From Propionibacterium freudenreichii subsp. freudenreichii (GTDB lineage Bacteria > Actinomycetota > Actinomycetes > Propionibacteriales > Propionibacteriaceae), in assembly GCF_000940845.1 (NCBI RefSeq), contig NZ_CP010341.1:2070001-2102000 (forward strand): a DNA stretch of 32,000 nucleotides, given 5' to 3'. Below are positions 11,321 to 19,798 of the stretch, piece by piece. The notes beneath the pieces were generated by a model, which ran no database searches, had not been told where the DNA came from, and saw only the letters and a list, made by a program, of their open reading frames with translations. A program made the position numbers and the translations under genes. Each line of letters begins with the position of its first letter. Within the stretch, counting starts at the first letter, position 1.

Positions 11321-11500
11321 ATGTACGAAAACGGAACGAATCCCACGGTTGCCACGGGGGCAATCTCAACGGTGGCGTTGAGCACCGGAACCTGGATCGG
11401 CATCGCGGTGGGCGTGGCTCTCCTGCTCGCCATCGCGGTGTTCATCGGCATCCAGGTGGGACGCCGCGCCGCACGCAAGGGCACTGGCGACCAGGCATGA
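11321..11500 (+). CDS. 59-aa single-pass membrane micro-protein (below the size seen in the ORF track)
   Basis: MYENGTNPTVATGAISTVALSTGTWIGIAVGVALLLAIAVFIGIQVGRRAARKGTGDQA. GGAGG SD 6 nt upstream. About 80% GC3. Its stop overlaps the synthase start (ATGA at 11497-11500). Confidence 0.6.
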   Translation: MYENGTNPTVATGAISTVALSTGTWIGIAVGVALLLAIAVFIGIQVGRRAARKGTGDQA

Positions 11501-13032
11501 CCAAGTCTCCCGCTCTCTACCGCGTGATCCTGCTCGTCTGGGCAGCCCTCTTCGGGCTGGCCCTGCTCACCACAGCCGGCTCCCTGAGCCGTGAGATCAC
11601 GCAACGGCCCGTTGCCGGGGTACTCGCCCTGGTCACCCTGCTGTTCATCGGATACTTCTGGCTGAACGGCATCAAGGACGTGCTCTACACCGCCTGGTAC
11701 TACCTAGTGATGCGCGGACGCATCCGCCCGGTACGACGCCGCGAACTGCACCGTCACCCACCGCGCGTGGTGATGGTGTACTGCACCCGCAATGACTTCA
11801 ACGCGAACTCGCTGGCCGCCAGCATGAAACAGCGGTACACAAACGTGCACACCGTCATCCTCGACGATTCCGACAAGCCCGAATACCTAACAATGATAGA
11901 TATCTTCGCGGCCACCCATGATGTGCAGGTGGTACGCCGTGAAAACCATGTCGGATTCAAGGCAGGAAACCTCAACAACTACCTTACGGGAGCCGACTAC
12001 GACTATTTCGTGATCCTCGACAGCGACGAGATCATCCCGCCGCGGTTCATCCGCCGCATGCTCGACTACTTCGCGTCCGACCAGTCGATCGGCATCGTGC
12101 AGGCCACCCACGTGGCCACGCGCAACGTCACCCGCTTCCAACAGAAGTTCTCGCTGGGGGTGGACTCGCACTGGCCGGTCTACCAGTCGGTGAAGAACCG
12201 CTACGGGTTCCTGTCGCTGCTCGGCCATGGCGCCATGGTGAGCAAGCAGGCCTTCGACGCCGCCGGGGGCTTCCCGCTGATGGTGGCCGAGGACCTGTGC
12301 TTCTCGCTGGCCGTGCGCGAGCACGGGTACACCACCGTGTTCGCACCCGACGTGACCTGCCAGGAGGAGTTCCCGGTGGACTACCTGGCGTTCCGCAAGC
12401 GCCACAGCAAGTGGACGCAGGGGAACATGGAGTTCATCCGCAAGAACACCCGTCCGATCATGACCTCACGCCAGCTGCACTGGTACGAGAAGCTCGACAT
12501 CGTGCTGTTCACCTATGCCCTGCCGCTGACCGCGGTGTTCTCGGTGTTCGTGGTGATCAACGTCGTCGTGCTGCCGATGATGCATGCCTCCTTCCAGTTC
12601 CCGCTGTGGATGCTGATCCCCACGGTGGCGTTCCTGGTGGCCCCCATGGTCAACGACGTGGTCTTCCACTGGGCGAGGATGGCCCACACGAAGCTGCTGA
12701 GCTACTCGGGCGGCTCGATGATGCTCTACGGGTCGATGTACTTCACCAGCCTGCGGTCGTCGCTGAAGTCGATGTTCGGCAACTCGGTGTTCCTGGTGAC
12801 GCCGAAGGACTCCACGGCGATCTCGTTCCGCGAGGCGTTGCGTTCCACCCGCAGTGAGCTCATCTTCGCCGGCGTGCTGGCGGTGATCTCGCTGGTGTTC
12901 ACCCGCTCGGTGTTCCCGGTGTTCCTGCTCGTGCTGCCGGCGATGGTGGCGCCCTATCTGATGGTGCGACACCAACCGACGCGCGCCGAGCTCCATGAGC
13001 GCCAGCGGGGCAAGGTGTTGCAGGCGGCCTGA
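11497..13032 (+). CDS. Processive family-2 glycosyltransferase / membrane-embedded polysaccharide (beta-glycan) synthase
   Basis: Two N-terminal TM helices, then a GT-A domain with ILDDSD, RRENHVGFKAGNLNNYL, ILDSDE (DxD), VAEDLCFS and FRKRHSKWTQGN (QxxRW-like), then C-terminal TM helices. Motif set resembles BcsA/CrdS/OpgH/Tts-type synthases. Confidence 0.88.
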   Translation: MTKSPALYRVILLVWAALFGLALLTTAGSLSREITQRPVAGVLALVTLLFIGYFWLNGIKDVLYTAWYYLVMRGRIRPVRRRELHRHPPRVVMVYCTRNDFNANSLAASMKQRYTNVHTVILDDSDKPEYLTMIDIFAATHDVQVVRRENHVGFKAGNLNNYLTGADYDYFVILDSDEIIPPRFIRRMLDYFASDQSIGIVQATHVATRNVTRFQQKFSLGVDSHWPVYQSVKNRYGFLSLLGHGAMVSKQAFDAAGGFPLMVAEDLCFSLAVREHGYTTVFAPDVTCQEEFPVDYLAFRKRHSKWTQGNMEFIRKNTRPIMTSRQLHWYEKLDIVLFTYALPLTAVFSVFVVINVVVLPMMHASFQFPLWMLIPTVAFLVAPMVNDVVFHWARMAHTKLLSYSGGSMMLYGSMYFTSLRSSLKSMFGNSVFLVTPKDSTAISFREALRSTRSELIFAGVLAVISLVFTRSVFPVFLLVLPAMVAPYLMVRHQPTRAELHERQRGKVLQAA

Positions 13033-13046
13033 GCGCCGCAGCGTCA

Positions 13047-13094
13047 CCAGTGGCCTGAAGGCCACGGGGTTGCCAGTGGCCTGAAGGCCACGAG
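13047..13094. repeat. Two 22-bp direct repeats (period 26 bp), each containing the hairpin GTGGCC-TGAA-GGCCAC
   Basis: CCAGTGGCCTGAAGGCCACGGG (13047-13068) and CCAGTGGCCTGAAGGCCACGAG (13073-13094). Confidence 0.85.
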
Positions 13095-13109
13095 GCTCCC
13101 CACAGAACA

Positions 13110-13143
13110 GTGAAGGCCCGGTGGATATCCACCGGGCCTTCAC
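13110..13143. terminator. Perfect 34-bp palindrome, probable bidirectional terminator between the synthase and tRNA-Pro
   Basis: GTGAAGGCCCGGTGGAT|ATCCACCGGGCCTTCAC. It generates mirror-image artefact ORFs on both strands in the track. Confidence 0.6.
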
Positions 13144-13148
13144 CATCT

Positions 13149-13223
<75 letters not shown>

Positions 13224-13373
13224 AAGCTGACAGTCATGCCCGACATGTCGGAGCACAGCTGCAAAGCCGTCGATCAGTCTAACCCAAAGGCCCCCCGCGC
13301 CACCAATTGCCCGCGCTGACCCGGGTTCCCCGTGTCGCCCGCAGCTGCCCCACGCAGGGCCTGCCGACGCGCG

Positions 13374-14345
13374 TCATTCCCGGGTGTCGCTGGCCACCAG
13401 GGTGAGCAGGGCCGCCTCCGGGCGGCAGAACAGCCGGTAGGGCGCATAGGGCGAGGTGCCCATGCCGGCCGACACGTACATCCAGGCGGCCGCCCCGTCA
13501 TGTTCCCAGCGGCTCAGCCCCTTGGCATGGCCCGGATCGATGTCGCAGTTGGTGACGATCGGCTGGCCGGTCGGCAGGCACACCTGGCCACCGTGCGTGT
13601 GCCCGGCCAGGATCAGCGGGAAGCCGTCGTCGACCATCGCATTGAGCACGCGCTGATAGGGGGCGTGCGTGACGCCCAGCGAGACGTCGGCCCCGGTGTC
13701 CAGGGGCCCGGCCACCGCGTCGTAGTGGTCACGCCCCACATGGGCGTCCCCGGTCCCACGCAGCTGCACGCGGCGACCGGCAACTGACAGGGTGGTGTCG
13801 ACGTCGTCGAGGTAGGTCCAGCCGTGCGAGGCCAGCTGGTCGCGCAACTCGCCGGTCGGCAGGGCCAGGGCGGGATCGTCGGCGTGGTGGCGTTGGTGCC
13901 GGCCGGTGGCACCGCGCCACAGATAGCCCAATGGATTGCGGAAGTGCGGCTTGACGAAGTCATTCGAGCCGAAGACGAACACCCCGGGCAGGCGCAGCAG
14001 CGGGCCGAGCGCGGCCATCATGGGGGCGATGGCGCTGGCTTCGGACACATGGTCACCGGTGCTCACCACGAGATCGGGCTCCAGGGCCGCGAGGCCGGCC
14101 AGGAAGCGCAGGGCATCGTCCTGGCGCGCCAGCAGGTGCAGGTCGGAGATGTGCAGCACGCGGATCGGCGCGCTGCCCGGCGCCAGGATCGGGATCCGAT
14201 GGCGGCGGATGAGGAAGGCATGTGCCTCCACCAGGCCGCCTGCCAGCATCGAGGCCCCGAACCCGAGCCCGGCACCCATCAGGGACTTCAGCGCCGATGT
14301 GTGGTGGGTCACGGCCGACCCGGTGGGTGATGGTTTCTGCGTCAT
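13374..14345 (-). CDS. Metallophosphoesterase (calcineurin-like), membrane-anchored
   Basis: Motifs HISDLH, STGDH, GSND, GHTHGG. ATGA overlap with the upstream PBP gene. Confidence 0.85.
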   Translation of the reverse strand: MTQKPSPTGSAVTHHTSALKSLMGAGLGFGASMLAGGLVEAHAFLIRRHRIPILAPGSAPIRVLHISDLHLLARQDDALRFLAGLAALEPDLVVSTGDHVSEASAIAPMMAALGPLLRLPGVFVFGSNDFVKPHFRNPLGYLWRGATGRHQRHHADDPALALPTGELRDQLASHGWTYLDDVDTTLSVAGRRVQLRGTGDAHVGRDHYDAVAGPLDTGADVSLGVTHAPYQRVLNAMVDDGFPLILAGHTHGGQVCLPTGQPIVTNCDIDPGHAKGLSRWEHDGAAAWMYVSAGMGTSPYAPYRLFCRPEAALLTLVASDTRE

Positions 14346-16549
14346 GAGCGTCCTGTGTAGGCGGCGGGCATCGAAGTGGTGGTCGGGGTGTAGGGCGCGA
14401 ACTGGGTGGCGGGCGTCTTCGGCAGCTGCGCCGACATCATCGCCTTCCAGATACCACCGGACTCGGTGGTGGAGTTGCCCGACAGGACGGCGCCGCTGCC
14501 GGTGCGCAGTCCGGTGAGGGTCTGCTGGCGACCGGTCCAGTAGGTGTTGCCCGGATCAACCGAGATCATCGCCACGCCCTCGAGCTCGGGGGTGTAGGCG
14601 TTGAACCACACGGCCGACTCGGTCTCGGTGCTACCTGCGGTACCGGTCTTGCCGGCCTGGTCGTAGTTGCCGGGCACCTTGCTGGCCACGCCGGTGCCAC
14701 CGGTCTTCAGCACCTGTTGCATCACCAGGTTGACGCCGTCGGCCACCGTCGGGTCGATCACCTGCTTGCAGTTGCCCGGGGGCACCGGCAGGCTGTTCCC
14801 GTCAGCGGTCTTGGCGGACGCCAGGATCACGGGGTCGCAGTGGATGCCCCGGTTGGCGAAGGTGGCATAGGCCTCGGCCATCGAGATCGGCGTCACGTTC
14901 AGGGCGCCCAGCGTGAACGAGGGCACGTTCTGGTAGTTCTCCATGGGCGTGTTCGAGTCGGCCAGCTGCATGCCCACCGTCTCGGCCATCTTGATCGACG
15001 AGCAGATGCCCGCGTCACGCTCCAGGGCCACGAAGTAGTTGTTCACCGAGGCCCCCATGCCGGTGAGCATGTTCATGTTGCCGGTCTTCCACGAGTTCGA
15101 CACGGTCCAGCCCTGGCCGTCACCCGACTTGAAGACGAAGTTGCCGTCGCAGTTCTTGAAGGTGGTGCCCTCCCAGTTCTTCGTGGCCGGCGCGTTGTAG
15201 TAGGTCTGCGAGGGGATGAAGCCCTCACTGATCGCCGCCGCGGCCACGAAGGCCTTGAAGGTGGAGCCTGCCTGGTAGCCCTCGGCGCCACCCATGTCCT
15301 GGCCCACCGCGTAGTTGTAGTAGGTCTCGCCGGCATCGGTGTTGGTGCCCATCACCGGCTTGCTCTGGGCCATGGCCTTGATGAGGCCGGTCTTGGGATC
15401 GGTCATCACCGCCACGGAGACCACCGGGTCGGTCGGCTTGACCAGGGCGGTGATCGCCGACTGGGCCGCGTCCTGGGCGTCCGGCTCGACGACGGTCTGG
15501 ATCTTGAGCCCGCCGCGGTACAGGGCGCGCTTGCGGGCATCACGGTCGGCACCCAGCGAACTCATCTGGTCCGACAGCAGCACGTTCTCGGTGTACTGGC
15601 AGATGAACGGATACTTCGACGAGGCGCAGCCCGAATAGTTCTCGGTGACCTTCGACTGGTCGAATCCGGTGTCCTTGGCCTGCTGCACCTGGTCGGAGGT
15701 CAGCTGGGGTAATCCGGTGAACCAGGTGCCCTCCTGGTCCCACTTGAGCATCTGCTCCAACACCACATTGCGACGGGCGATGGCCGCGTCGGGATGGTTC
15801 ACGGGGTCGGTGTCGCTGGGGCTCTGCACCAGGCCGGCGAGCATCGCGGACTGCTCGAGGTCGAGGTCCTTGGCGTCCACCCCGAAGTAGTGCTTGGCGG
15901 CCGCCTGCACGCCATAGGCACCGTCGCCGTAGTAGGCGATGTTGAGGTAGTTCTCCAGGATGGCGTCCTTGGCGGCCTTCAGGCTGCCCTTCTGCTTGGT
16001 GAGCTCCTGTTCCAGGGCCACTGCGTAGCGCATCTCCAGGATCTTGCGGCTCATCGTGGGGGCCTGGGCCTCCTGCTCGGCCTTCGTGTCGCCATTGTCC
16101 TGGGCGATCTGGATGCGCACCTGCTTCACATACTGCTGGGTGAGCGTGGAACCACCACCACTGTTGCCGACCACCTGGCCCAGGGCGGCGCGCAGGATGC
16201 CCTGGGCGTCCACCGCACCGTGGTCGTAGAAGCGATGGTCCTCGATGGCCATCTGCGCCTTCTGCATCTGCGGGGAGATCTGGTCTAGGCCCACCGGCTC
16301 GCGGTTCTGGTCGAAGAAGCTCGCCAGCACGTCGCCATTGGCCAACAGGATCTGCGAGTTTTCTGCCTGGTGCGGAATCGTCAGCTGGGTGGTCACGTTG
16401 TTCAGGCTGCTCGACGCCGACCCCGCGGCGTCGCTCGCCAGCGCGGCAAAGGGGATGCCCATGCCGGCAATGAACACGCCGCAGGTGACGCTGAGCACGG
16501 CCAGAATCACGAACGAATACAGCCGAGAATCACCCTGCCGAGAACTCAT
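14342..16549 (-). CDS. ponA: Class A penicillin-binding protein (bifunctional transglycosylase/transpeptidase)
   Basis: Start trimmed to MSSRQGDSRLYSFVILAV (TM anchor). GT51 motifs EDHRFYDHGAVD and GGSTLTQQYVK. Transpeptidase motifs STFK and KTGT. Confidence 0.93.
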   Translation of the reverse strand: MSSRQGDSRLYSFVILAVLSVTCGVFIAGMGIPFAALASDAAGSASSSLNNVTTQLTIPHQAENSQILLANGDVLASFFDQNREPVGLDQISPQMQKAQMAIEDHRFYDHGAVDAQGILRAALGQVVGNSGGGSTLTQQYVKQVRIQIAQDNGDTKAEQEAQAPTMSRKILEMRYAVALEQELTKQKGSLKAAKDAILENYLNIAYYGDGAYGVQAAAKHYFGVDAKDLDLEQSAMLAGLVQSPSDTDPVNHPDAAIARRNVVLEQMLKWDQEGTWFTGLPQLTSDQVQQAKDTGFDQSKVTENYSGCASSKYPFICQYTENVLLSDQMSSLGADRDARKRALYRGGLKIQTVVEPDAQDAAQSAITALVKPTDPVVSVAVMTDPKTGLIKAMAQSKPVMGTNTDAGETYYNYAVGQDMGGAEGYQAGSTFKAFVAAAAISEGFIPSQTYYNAPATKNWEGTTFKNCDGNFVFKSGDGQGWTVSNSWKTGNMNMLTGMGASVNNYFVALERDAGICSSIKMAETVGMQLADSNTPMENYQNVPSFTLGALNVTPISMAEAYATFANRGIHCDPVILASAKTADGNSLPVPPGNCKQVIDPTVADGVNLVMQQVLKTGGTGVASKVPGNYDQAGKTGTAGSTETESAVWFNAYTPELEGVAMISVDPGNTYWTGRQQTLTGLRTGSGAVLSGNSTTESGGIWKAMMSAQLPKTPATQFAPYTPTTTSMPAAYTGRS

Positions 16550-16742
16550 GCTTGCCAGCCTAACCGGCAACCGGGACAATGGACGCGTTGCACCAGCTGT
16601 GAGTCGCCCATGGCTGGCTCCGGACGAGCACCGTTGCAGTCCGGGGATCTCAACGGATGAGAGCAACGAGGGGGTTCACTGAGTGTAGGTCTCAGGTGTA
16701 TTTTTGGCGGATTCAGGTATCGCGCGAAAAGGGGGGCGCCCG

Positions 16743-17126
16743 ATGGCTGTTACTGATGTTGAGGACTGGCCGCTGCAGGCAAGATGCCGAGGCATGAACG
16801 ATGCCCTGTTCCCGGAGGGTCGGGACCAGAAGCGGGCGAAGACCGTGTGCATGGGTTGTCCCGTGCGCGCACAGTGCCTTGCCGAAGCACTCGACCACCG
16901 CATTGAGTGGGGCGTGTGGGGCGGCATGACCGAGCGGGAGCGGCGCCAGCTGTTGCGCCAGCGTCCCGAGGTGAAATCGTGGGCAGCAGTGCTCACGCAG
17001 CAATCCGACGCACAGTCCTCACGACTACGCGCCGCAACCCATCCGGCTCGACGACGCTTCGGACTGCCGCTTGAGCCCATCCACGATCCGCGCCAGGGCG
17101 CGGGAGAGGCTACCCATGAGCAATGA
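16743..17126 (+). CDS. whiB: WhiB-family Fe-S transcription factor
   Basis: Cys pattern CRGMN...C-X2-C-X5-C (VCMGCPVRAQC). WGVWGG turn. Basic C-terminal tail. AAGGGGGG SD. Confidence 0.9.
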   Translation: MAVTDVEDWPLQARCRGMNDALFPEGRDQKRAKTVCMGCPVRAQCLAEALDHRIEWGVWGGMTERERRQLLRQRPEVKSWAAVLTQQSDAQSSRLRAATHPARRRFGLPLEPIHDPRQGAGEATHEQ

Positions 17127-17307
17127 CGGAGCACGCCCCGAGGGGCACCAGGTGCGATGGGAATATCTCACCGCACCGATCCTCAGCCACGTGAGCCAAC
17201 AGATCCTCAACAATTTCGGAGCTGACGGCTGGGAGCTCGTCCAGGTGGTTCCGGGACCGAACGCCGATTCGTTGGTCGGATATTTCAAGCGGGAGGCCAG
17301 GCCATGA
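17116..17307 (+). CDS. DUF4177-like small protein
   Basis: MSNDGARPEGHQVRWEYLTAPILSHVSQQILNNFGADGWELVQVVPGPNADSLVGYFKREARP. GGGAGAGG SD. ATGA overlap with the next gene. Confidence 0.7.
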   Translation: MSNDGARPEGHQVRWEYLTAPILSHVSQQILNNFGADGWELVQVVPGPNADSLVGYFKREARP

Positions 17308-17759
17308 GCAAGCCCAGTGACAAGTTGAAGGCCCTGGGCATCTCCTTGCCCGACGTGGCCACGCCGGTGGGCTCCTACCTGCCGGCGCTGCGTGTGGGTG
17401 ATCTGGTGTACACCTCGGGCCAGCTCCCCCTGCACGATGGTCGCCTGACCACCGGGCTGGTGGGTGGTCCGATCGACGAGAAGGCCGCCACGGCCGCGGC
17501 GCGCGTGGCCTGCCTCAATGCGTTGGCGGCAGTGGCCGACATCGCCGGGGGCATCGATGCGATCACCGGGATCGTCCGCGTGATGGTGTTCGTGGCCAGC
17601 TCCGACGGGTTCACCGAACAGGCCGCGGTGGCCAATGGGGCATCCGACCTGCTGGCCGAGATCTTCGACGAGCAGGGACGTCATGTGCGCAGCGCGGTCG
17701 GTGTGGCGGTGCTGCCCAAGAACGCCTGCGTCGAGGTGGAGTTGGTCGCGAGCCTGTGA
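17304..17759 (+). CDS. RidA/YjgF-family protein
   Basis: 151 aa with a family-like pattern (VYTSGQLPL...AVGVAVLPKNACVEVELVA). Confidence 0.85.
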   Translation: MSKPSDKLKALGISLPDVATPVGSYLPALRVGDLVYTSGQLPLHDGRLTTGLVGGPIDEKAATAAARVACLNALAAVADIAGGIDAITGIVRVMVFVASSDGFTEQAAVANGASDLLAEIFDEQGRHVRSAVGVAVLPKNACVEVELVASL

Positions 17760-17766
17760 CACGGCC

Positions 17767-18519
17767 ATGGCCAGTGGGAACACGATGAACGAACACAACG
17801 CATCGACGGGCGCCGGGAAATCTGCCGCCGGGTCTGACCGCGAAACCGGTAAGGTGGCCGCGGCCCACGAGATCTTCCAGATCCTGCACCAGACCTATCC
17901 CGACGCCCGCTGCGCGCTGACCTTCCACGACCCCTTCGAGCTGCTGGTGGCCACGGTGTTGTCGGCCCAGACCACCGACAAGGGCGTTAATAAGGTGACC
18001 CCGATCCTGTTCGACCGCTACCCCGACGCTGCCGCACTGGGTGCCGCCTCGCTGCCCGAGGTGGAGCGGATCATCCGGCCCACCGGCTTCTTCCACAACA
18101 AGGCAACGGCCATCGTGGGCATCGGGCAGGCGCTCACCGAGAACTTCCACGGGGTGGTCCCCCGCGAGATCGATCAGCTCACGTCGCTGCCCGGCGTGGG
18201 ACGCAAGACCGCCCAGGTGGTGCGCGGCCATGCCTTCGGCATTCCCGGTGTCACCACCGATACCCATGTGTTGCGGGTGAGCAAACGGCTGGGATTTACC
18301 AACTCGACCAAGCCACTCGTCGTGGAGCGCGATGTGAGTGCCCTGTTCGACGAATCGGTGTGGACACTGCTGTCGGACACCCTGATCTTCCACGGCCGGG
18401 CGCGCTGCCACGCCAAGAAGGCGGCCTGCGGAGCCTGCCCGGTGGCCGGACTGTGCCCCAGCTTCGGCATCGGAGCCACCGATCCCGACGAGGCCGAAAG
18501 GCTCGTGCGCTCGCCGTGA
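17767..18519 (+). CDS. nth: Endonuclease III
   Basis: HhH-GPD motif (LTSLPGVGRKTAQVV). Catalytic-region Asp in TDTHVLRV. C-terminal 4Fe-4S cluster C-X6-C-X2-C-X5-C. Confidence 0.93.
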   Translation: MASGNTMNEHNASTGAGKSAAGSDRETGKVAAAHEIFQILHQTYPDARCALTFHDPFELLVATVLSAQTTDKGVNKVTPILFDRYPDAAALGAASLPEVERIIRPTGFFHNKATAIVGIGQALTENFHGVVPREIDQLTSLPGVGRKTAQVVRGHAFGIPGVTTDTHVLRVSKRLGFTNSTKPLVVERDVSALFDESVWTLLSDTLIFHGRARCHAKKAACGACPVAGLCPSFGIGATDPDEAERLVRSP

Positions 18520-18604
18520 CCGCAGGTGAGGCATTCCACCGGGCACGGACCGTTGTGCGCCCGACACGATGCGTGCCGCAGGCACGCCCTGAGAAGAGAG
18601 AACG

Positions 18605-19303
18605 ATGACCACCGGCCAGACCAATCCCCCCACGATCCCTTCCCCCCTGGCCGTTCCCTCGTCGTTGCGGGGGCTGCAGACGGCGCTGACCAGCCCCGAC
18701 CCCGCGGCCCTGTCGCGCCTGCAGCACCCCCAGCCCGACGACAGCAGTTCGGCAGTGCTGATCCTGCTGTCCGACGGACCCGATCCCTCCGTGCTGTTCA
18801 CGGTGCGCGCCCGCAACCTGCGCCATCATTCGGGGCAGATCTCCTTCCCCGGCGGCCATGCGGAGGCCTACGACGACAACCTGATCGACACCGCCCTGCG
18901 CGAGGCGCGCGAGGAGGTCGGCCTTGATCGGGCCGAGGTCAACATCCTGGGCACCCTGCCGTCGGCGGAGATCCCGGTGAGCCACTCCGTGGTGGCACCG
19001 GTGGTCGGCTGGTGGCGTCCCGATAACAGCCTGGTGGCCAGCCCCAGCGAGGTGGCCAGCATCCAGCGCTGGCCGGTGAGCAAGCTGGCCGACCCCAGCC
19101 ATCGGGTGAACGCCCAACTGCGCCCCGACAGCATCATCGGGCCGGCCTGGCAGTTCGACGACCTCTTCCTGTGGGGCTTCACCGGGCTGGTCACCGACAT
19201 CCTGTTGCGCCTGGGTGGGTGGGAGAAGCCCTGGCACCACGACCGCGTCGTGCCGGTGCCCCAGCGCTTCCGCTCCGAGGTGTTCGACCCGGACGCGCCC
19301 TGA
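18605..19303 (+). CDS. Nudix hydrolase, CoA-pyrophosphatase-like
   Basis: Nudix box GGHAEAYDDNLIDTALREAREEVGL preceded by RARNLRHHSGQISFPGG. Confidence 0.85.
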   Translation: MTTGQTNPPTIPSPLAVPSSLRGLQTALTSPDPAALSRLQHPQPDDSSSAVLILLSDGPDPSVLFTVRARNLRHHSGQISFPGGHAEAYDDNLIDTALREAREEVGLDRAEVNILGTLPSAEIPVSHSVVAPVVGWWRPDNSLVASPSEVASIQRWPVSKLADPSHRVNAQLRPDSIIGPAWQFDDLFLWGFTGLVTDILLRLGGWEKPWHHDRVVPVPQRFRSEVFDPDAP

Positions 19304-19341
19304 GTGCATCGGCCATACTGGAAGGCACCGGGAGGCGAACG

Positions 19342-19695
19342 ATGACCCGAATCGATGTCTGGCTGTGGAGCGTGCGCCTGTTCAAGACGCGCTCCATGGC
19401 CACCCAGGCCGTCAAGGGCGGCCACATCCGCTACAACGACGCGCCCGTCAAGCCGTCCCAACAGGTGAGCCCCGGGGACATCATCACCGTGCGCCGGCCC
19501 GGCTGGGACCGTCGCTTCGAGGTGTTGACCCTGCTCAACAAGCGCGTCGGGGCCAAGGTGGCCGTGACGGCCTACCGTGACCTGTCACCGGCCAAGCCCG
19601 CCTGGCTGTCCGCGCCGGTCGCCCGACGCGATCCCGGCACCGGACGGCCCACCAAGAAGGAACGCCGCGAGATCGAGAAGTTGCGCGGCTACTGA
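19342..19695 (+). CDS. S4-domain RNA-binding protein (Hsp15/HslR-like)
   Basis: MTRIDVWLWSVRLFKTRSMATQAVKGGHIRYNDAPVKPS. GGGAGG SD 6 nt upstream. Confidence 0.8.
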   Translation: MTRIDVWLWSVRLFKTRSMATQAVKGGHIRYNDAPVKPSQQVSPGDIITVRRPGWDRRFEVLTLLNKRVGAKVAVTAYRDLSPAKPAWLSAPVARRDPGTGRPTKKERREIEKLRGY

Positions 19696-19798
19696 GCCGT
19701 TGCCCCGGTCCAGGCGCCCCGCTTCCTGACCAGGCCGTGGCGCCCTCTTGCTTGGACGCCCCCGTCGCGCCCCATCCCGTGAGCAGGGCCGTCGCGCC

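Noticed and set aside
16675-16742. Possible CRP-type site or sigma-A promoter (TTCACT-18-TATTTT; repeated TCAGGTRT) upstream of whiB.
   Set aside because: The inverted repeat CACTGAG...CTCAGGTG is imperfect and does not fit TGTGA-N6-TCACA. The hexamer assignment is speculative without transcription start data.
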